Below are positions 60,732 to 64,000 of a stretch of DNA of 64,000 nucleotides, piece after piece. The notes under the pieces are model-generated. The model was not told where the DNA came from. It did no database searches and worked only from the letters and a program-made list of their open reading frames with translations. Location: the NCBI GenBank assembly GCA_044892505.1, contig CM097882.1:477214001-477278000 (forward strand), in the 5' to 3' direction. The position numbers and the translations under genes are program-made. The stretch is from Schmidtea nova. Its lineage: Eukaryota. Positions within the stretch are counted from its first letter, which is position 1. Each line of letters opens with the position of its first letter.

Positions 60732-63329
60732 TTACTAAATAGCACCTTGAAATATGTATTTGTTATTTATATTTATTCAGATTATTGATTTTTTACTTCT
60801 CTGTCGCTTTTAAACTTATTAATTTTATTTATGTTATTATGATTGAAACTAGGGTGCTTAATTTATTTTCGAAAATCAGATTACTACGGGAACTATTTGA
60901 AGAAAACTTGACACAATCAGAAAATTTAAGACTGAATTAATTGTAAATTTTTGTAAAATAATCTTCATGCTCGGAAATCTTAACCTTCATGGGAAAAAAT
61001 GAGAAGAGGACATTGTTGATGCGATTGAGAATTGTATAAATTTTTTAAGAGCTATTTGACAAATGGTTGATGCACCAGGTACCAGCCACATAGACCCCTC
61101 ATTCCGTCTTTGATACTCATTAAAAATCAGCTTCCAATAAAAAATATTTTAATTTTTCTGTTATCGTACTGATTTGTTTTGAAATTAATTTTGTTTAAAT
61201 GAAGTCTTATTATTTAATAATTATTTAACAATGTTTACATTTCAGTAACTCTCATTGGGTCAATTGTATATATTGTGCGTTGGTTGATTAAAATTTATTA
61301 ATCATAAATTGTAAAATTTACAAATCAATTCCATATAGTGTGAGTATTATAGTTGGTTCTGTGAGCTATATACGGACGCGTAAAGTATTTCAGGGCAGAT
61401 TTATGTTCTTAATAAAACGAAATATATAATAACTTTATTTTTGAAGAATACTAGATAGAAATAAATAGTTTTAGTCAATGAAGTGACCTTCAGCTTCCTA
61501 TGCGACATCAAAATCGTCTAAATGTATGAATAAAATAACCCTTGTTCATTTTGGACTTATTGGCTCTCAAAAAACATTTAGACCCAAGAATTGAGGTCTG
61601 GTCAATTAGTAGGTGTTGTATGGTTCAGAAACATTTCAGACATCTATTCATGTGTTATTTGGGTTGGTGGTGCAAAATCTTTTGATGAAACACAAGGAAT
61701 TCCATTTTGTAAACAGTCGATCTAGAGTTTAAAGCTGTTTTTAGGACGTAAATGACAGCAAGGTTAGGGTTACGGAGGTATTATGTGTTCTTCATTGCTG
61801 ACAACCCCAAAAACCCTTACAGTTGCAGAAAATTTTGTGAGCTTCAAAAGTATCTGTATAACTATTCATCATTTCGTCTGTTAACATTCCTATTTTGGTT
61901 AAAACTTTTCTCGTCTGAAAAAAACATCATATATGTTGGATTTTTAAGTTGGCTTAAGAGTCTTTAAAATCTGATAAACTGAATTTCTTTGTTCTTAGAA
62001 TATATTGATCTTTTCTTATCACTTAATACTTTCTCCTGAGATATTAAAGTTTTTATAGGATTGCATTCGATAGTCTGATGAACTTGTTTGATAAATTCAA
62101 ATGTTGTAATGATATCAAAGCGTTTGGAATGCTTTTTACTATTTTAAACTGGTGGTAAATTTCCATATTGGGTCTTAAACTCTACAAAATTTAAAGACAA
62201 AAGATTTTCCGATATAAAAATCAAGATATTTATAAATTGTTATTATTGGGTTTTAATTTAATAATAATAGTCAGTATCTCTGACTCCTCGTGCTCTGTAG
62301 ATCAATAAATAACAACACTCCTGACGTATATTTATGTTCAATTTATTACAAACTACGAATAAAATGTGCTCTTTACTGATCACTATTCAAAAAAACGTCT
62401 TGATAGTCACACAGGGCTCCGCTGTGAGCTGTCTTACCTTTGCGTACTTTTTAACAATAATAACCTTTCGATATTCTAATTTCCTTTTAATTCAACTTAA
62501 TCCTTTCTGTTTGCTCTAGTTTTTCTGTTAAATTGTCTTAAATAATTTAATATATCATCTAAATTTACTCTCGTTTTCTTCTTCAGTACCATAGACAAAA
62601 TGATTATTGCTTACAATTTTGAATTCCTTTATATAGTAGAATAATCCATTTAATTAATGATCTTTGAGTCAGATCACAATTGTTTGTCAATCTTTGCTTT
62701 TTGTTTTTCTTGCACGTTCTTGTCGTAAAAATTTAATTGTTCTATTATTCGTCTTCCTTTCGACAAACCTTTTTCCAATTGTTTCGATTATTCATAATGA
62801 CTTTCCAGGATTCACTTTTATTACTTTTTAGTTGTTTTCTTTAGGTTTTCTTTAGTTCATTATTTGATTAATTAAGATTTTGTGTTTCTGATACATTCTA
62901 TTGCTTTCCTATCCTTTCAAAAAGTTTTTTGAAAAATATCACAGTTATGACTATCATCTTTCGTAACTTGACAATTAACTTCAGAGTCATTAAACAAATC
63001 CATAAAATTTATTCAATACAAATAATCATGAAAATACTAAACTAATTTTCATTTGTTATGTTATTTAAATAAATTAACCATTTTTTTACTTTAAAATTTT
63101 CAATTGAAAATATTTTTTTTAATTTCGATTTTTTATCTTCACTGTTCAATTTCCCATTTAAAATATTTTGTAAATAATAATTTTAAAATTTTTTAGAAAC
63201 TTCAAGCTTCTCCATATCACCCTTCTAAGTAATTTTTAAAATTTTTCCAAGTTTCTTTTGATCTATTTACCGTTCTCGTTTTCAAGATATATCTTCTTTC
63301 ATGAACTTTCTAGATCACTTTCTAGATCA

Positions 63330-64000
63330 CTTTGTATAGTCACTTATACTTGTCTTTATTTTTGTTGCGTATTTCTATTTTTATAACACGTCTTCCCCAT
63401 ATTGAAATTTATCCTTGTTCATTCATCCGGTTCTTCTTTTAACTGTTTTTCTTCGGGCCCGTAACATCTTTACCTGCTTATCATTTTTCTAAAAACTATC
63501 TCTGCTGGGCTTTTTTCCCTGTCATTTTTATGTGGTTACATTTAATATAAATTCGACTTATAGAAGTAGATTTGTCCAATACATCTTCATTCTGTCCTTA
63601 TAAATTAGTTCTCAAATTGTCCTGAATTGTATTTTTATTTTTCCATTGTTTGGTAATAGTATGGACTCGAAAAACATAACTTAAGATCTAGGTTTTTTGT
63701 GAATTCTCTCATCATTCTTGATTTGAACGCTTTCCTACAATAAACTCTTGTCTTTTTTGGGCAACCCTATCTCAAAATTAATTTTTCGAAAATCGGTTTC
63801 TTTATCGTTTCTTCGTATTGTCTTGTAATGACTGTCAAAATATGATATTTACTTTACTGATCTATTCTACTCAATATGTGCTTCTTACGTACTTTAATTT
63901 CTTGCATTAGTTCACATACCTCCATTAATATAATTTTGACCATTTTGGTTGATTCTAGGTTCATTACTGGTTCCTTCGTCGCTACAATTATACCTTGGTT
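63330..64000 (-). pseudogene. Decayed Ty3/gypsy integrase (runs off window end)
   Basis: Minus-strand KKHILSRIDQ*SKY, PKK..CRKAFKSRMMREFTKNLDLKLCFSSPYYYQT, GKSPAEIVF, FQYGEDVL with stops and frameshifts. Confidence 0.75.

Overview
AT-rich animal genomic DNA (host genes have 42-53 nt minimal introns; two N gaps). Bases 1-23987 are most of one giant LTR retroelement-like unit of more than 24 kb, whose 5' end lies upstream of the window. It has two near-identical LTRs of at least 3.8 kb ending in CCACCA, a tRNA-Pro primer-binding site, and a long leader with two tandem arrays. It carries eight co-oriented intronless ORFs: a RING E3, a 1036-aa Ubl/aspartic-protease/ankyrin/FN3 polyprotein, a neurexin-like LamG-EGF-TM protein, three helical or coiled-coil proteins and two signal-peptide/coiled-coil/TM proteins. 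No RT, RNase H, integrase or recognisable Gag was found. Every ORF has its own AG|A splice acceptor 0-17 nt before the ATG, and most are followed by AATAAA and TGTA-rich spacers, suggesting an operon-like or adenovirus-late-like expression unit inside a retroelement. This is the main finding. Diverged relatives of the LTR end occur at about 25-28.9 kb and 36.35-36.41 kb and reveal a covarying U5 RNA structure. The rest is host sequence: the last exon of ADA, a 4-exon MED28-like gene and a 6-exon RNF41/NRDP1 gene (36889-60731). The large RNF41 introns are packed with hAT, mariner, Tc1, pogo/Tigger, piggyBac and gypsy remnants. A decayed gypsy integrase runs off the right edge. All domain calls are by eye; no database searches were run.
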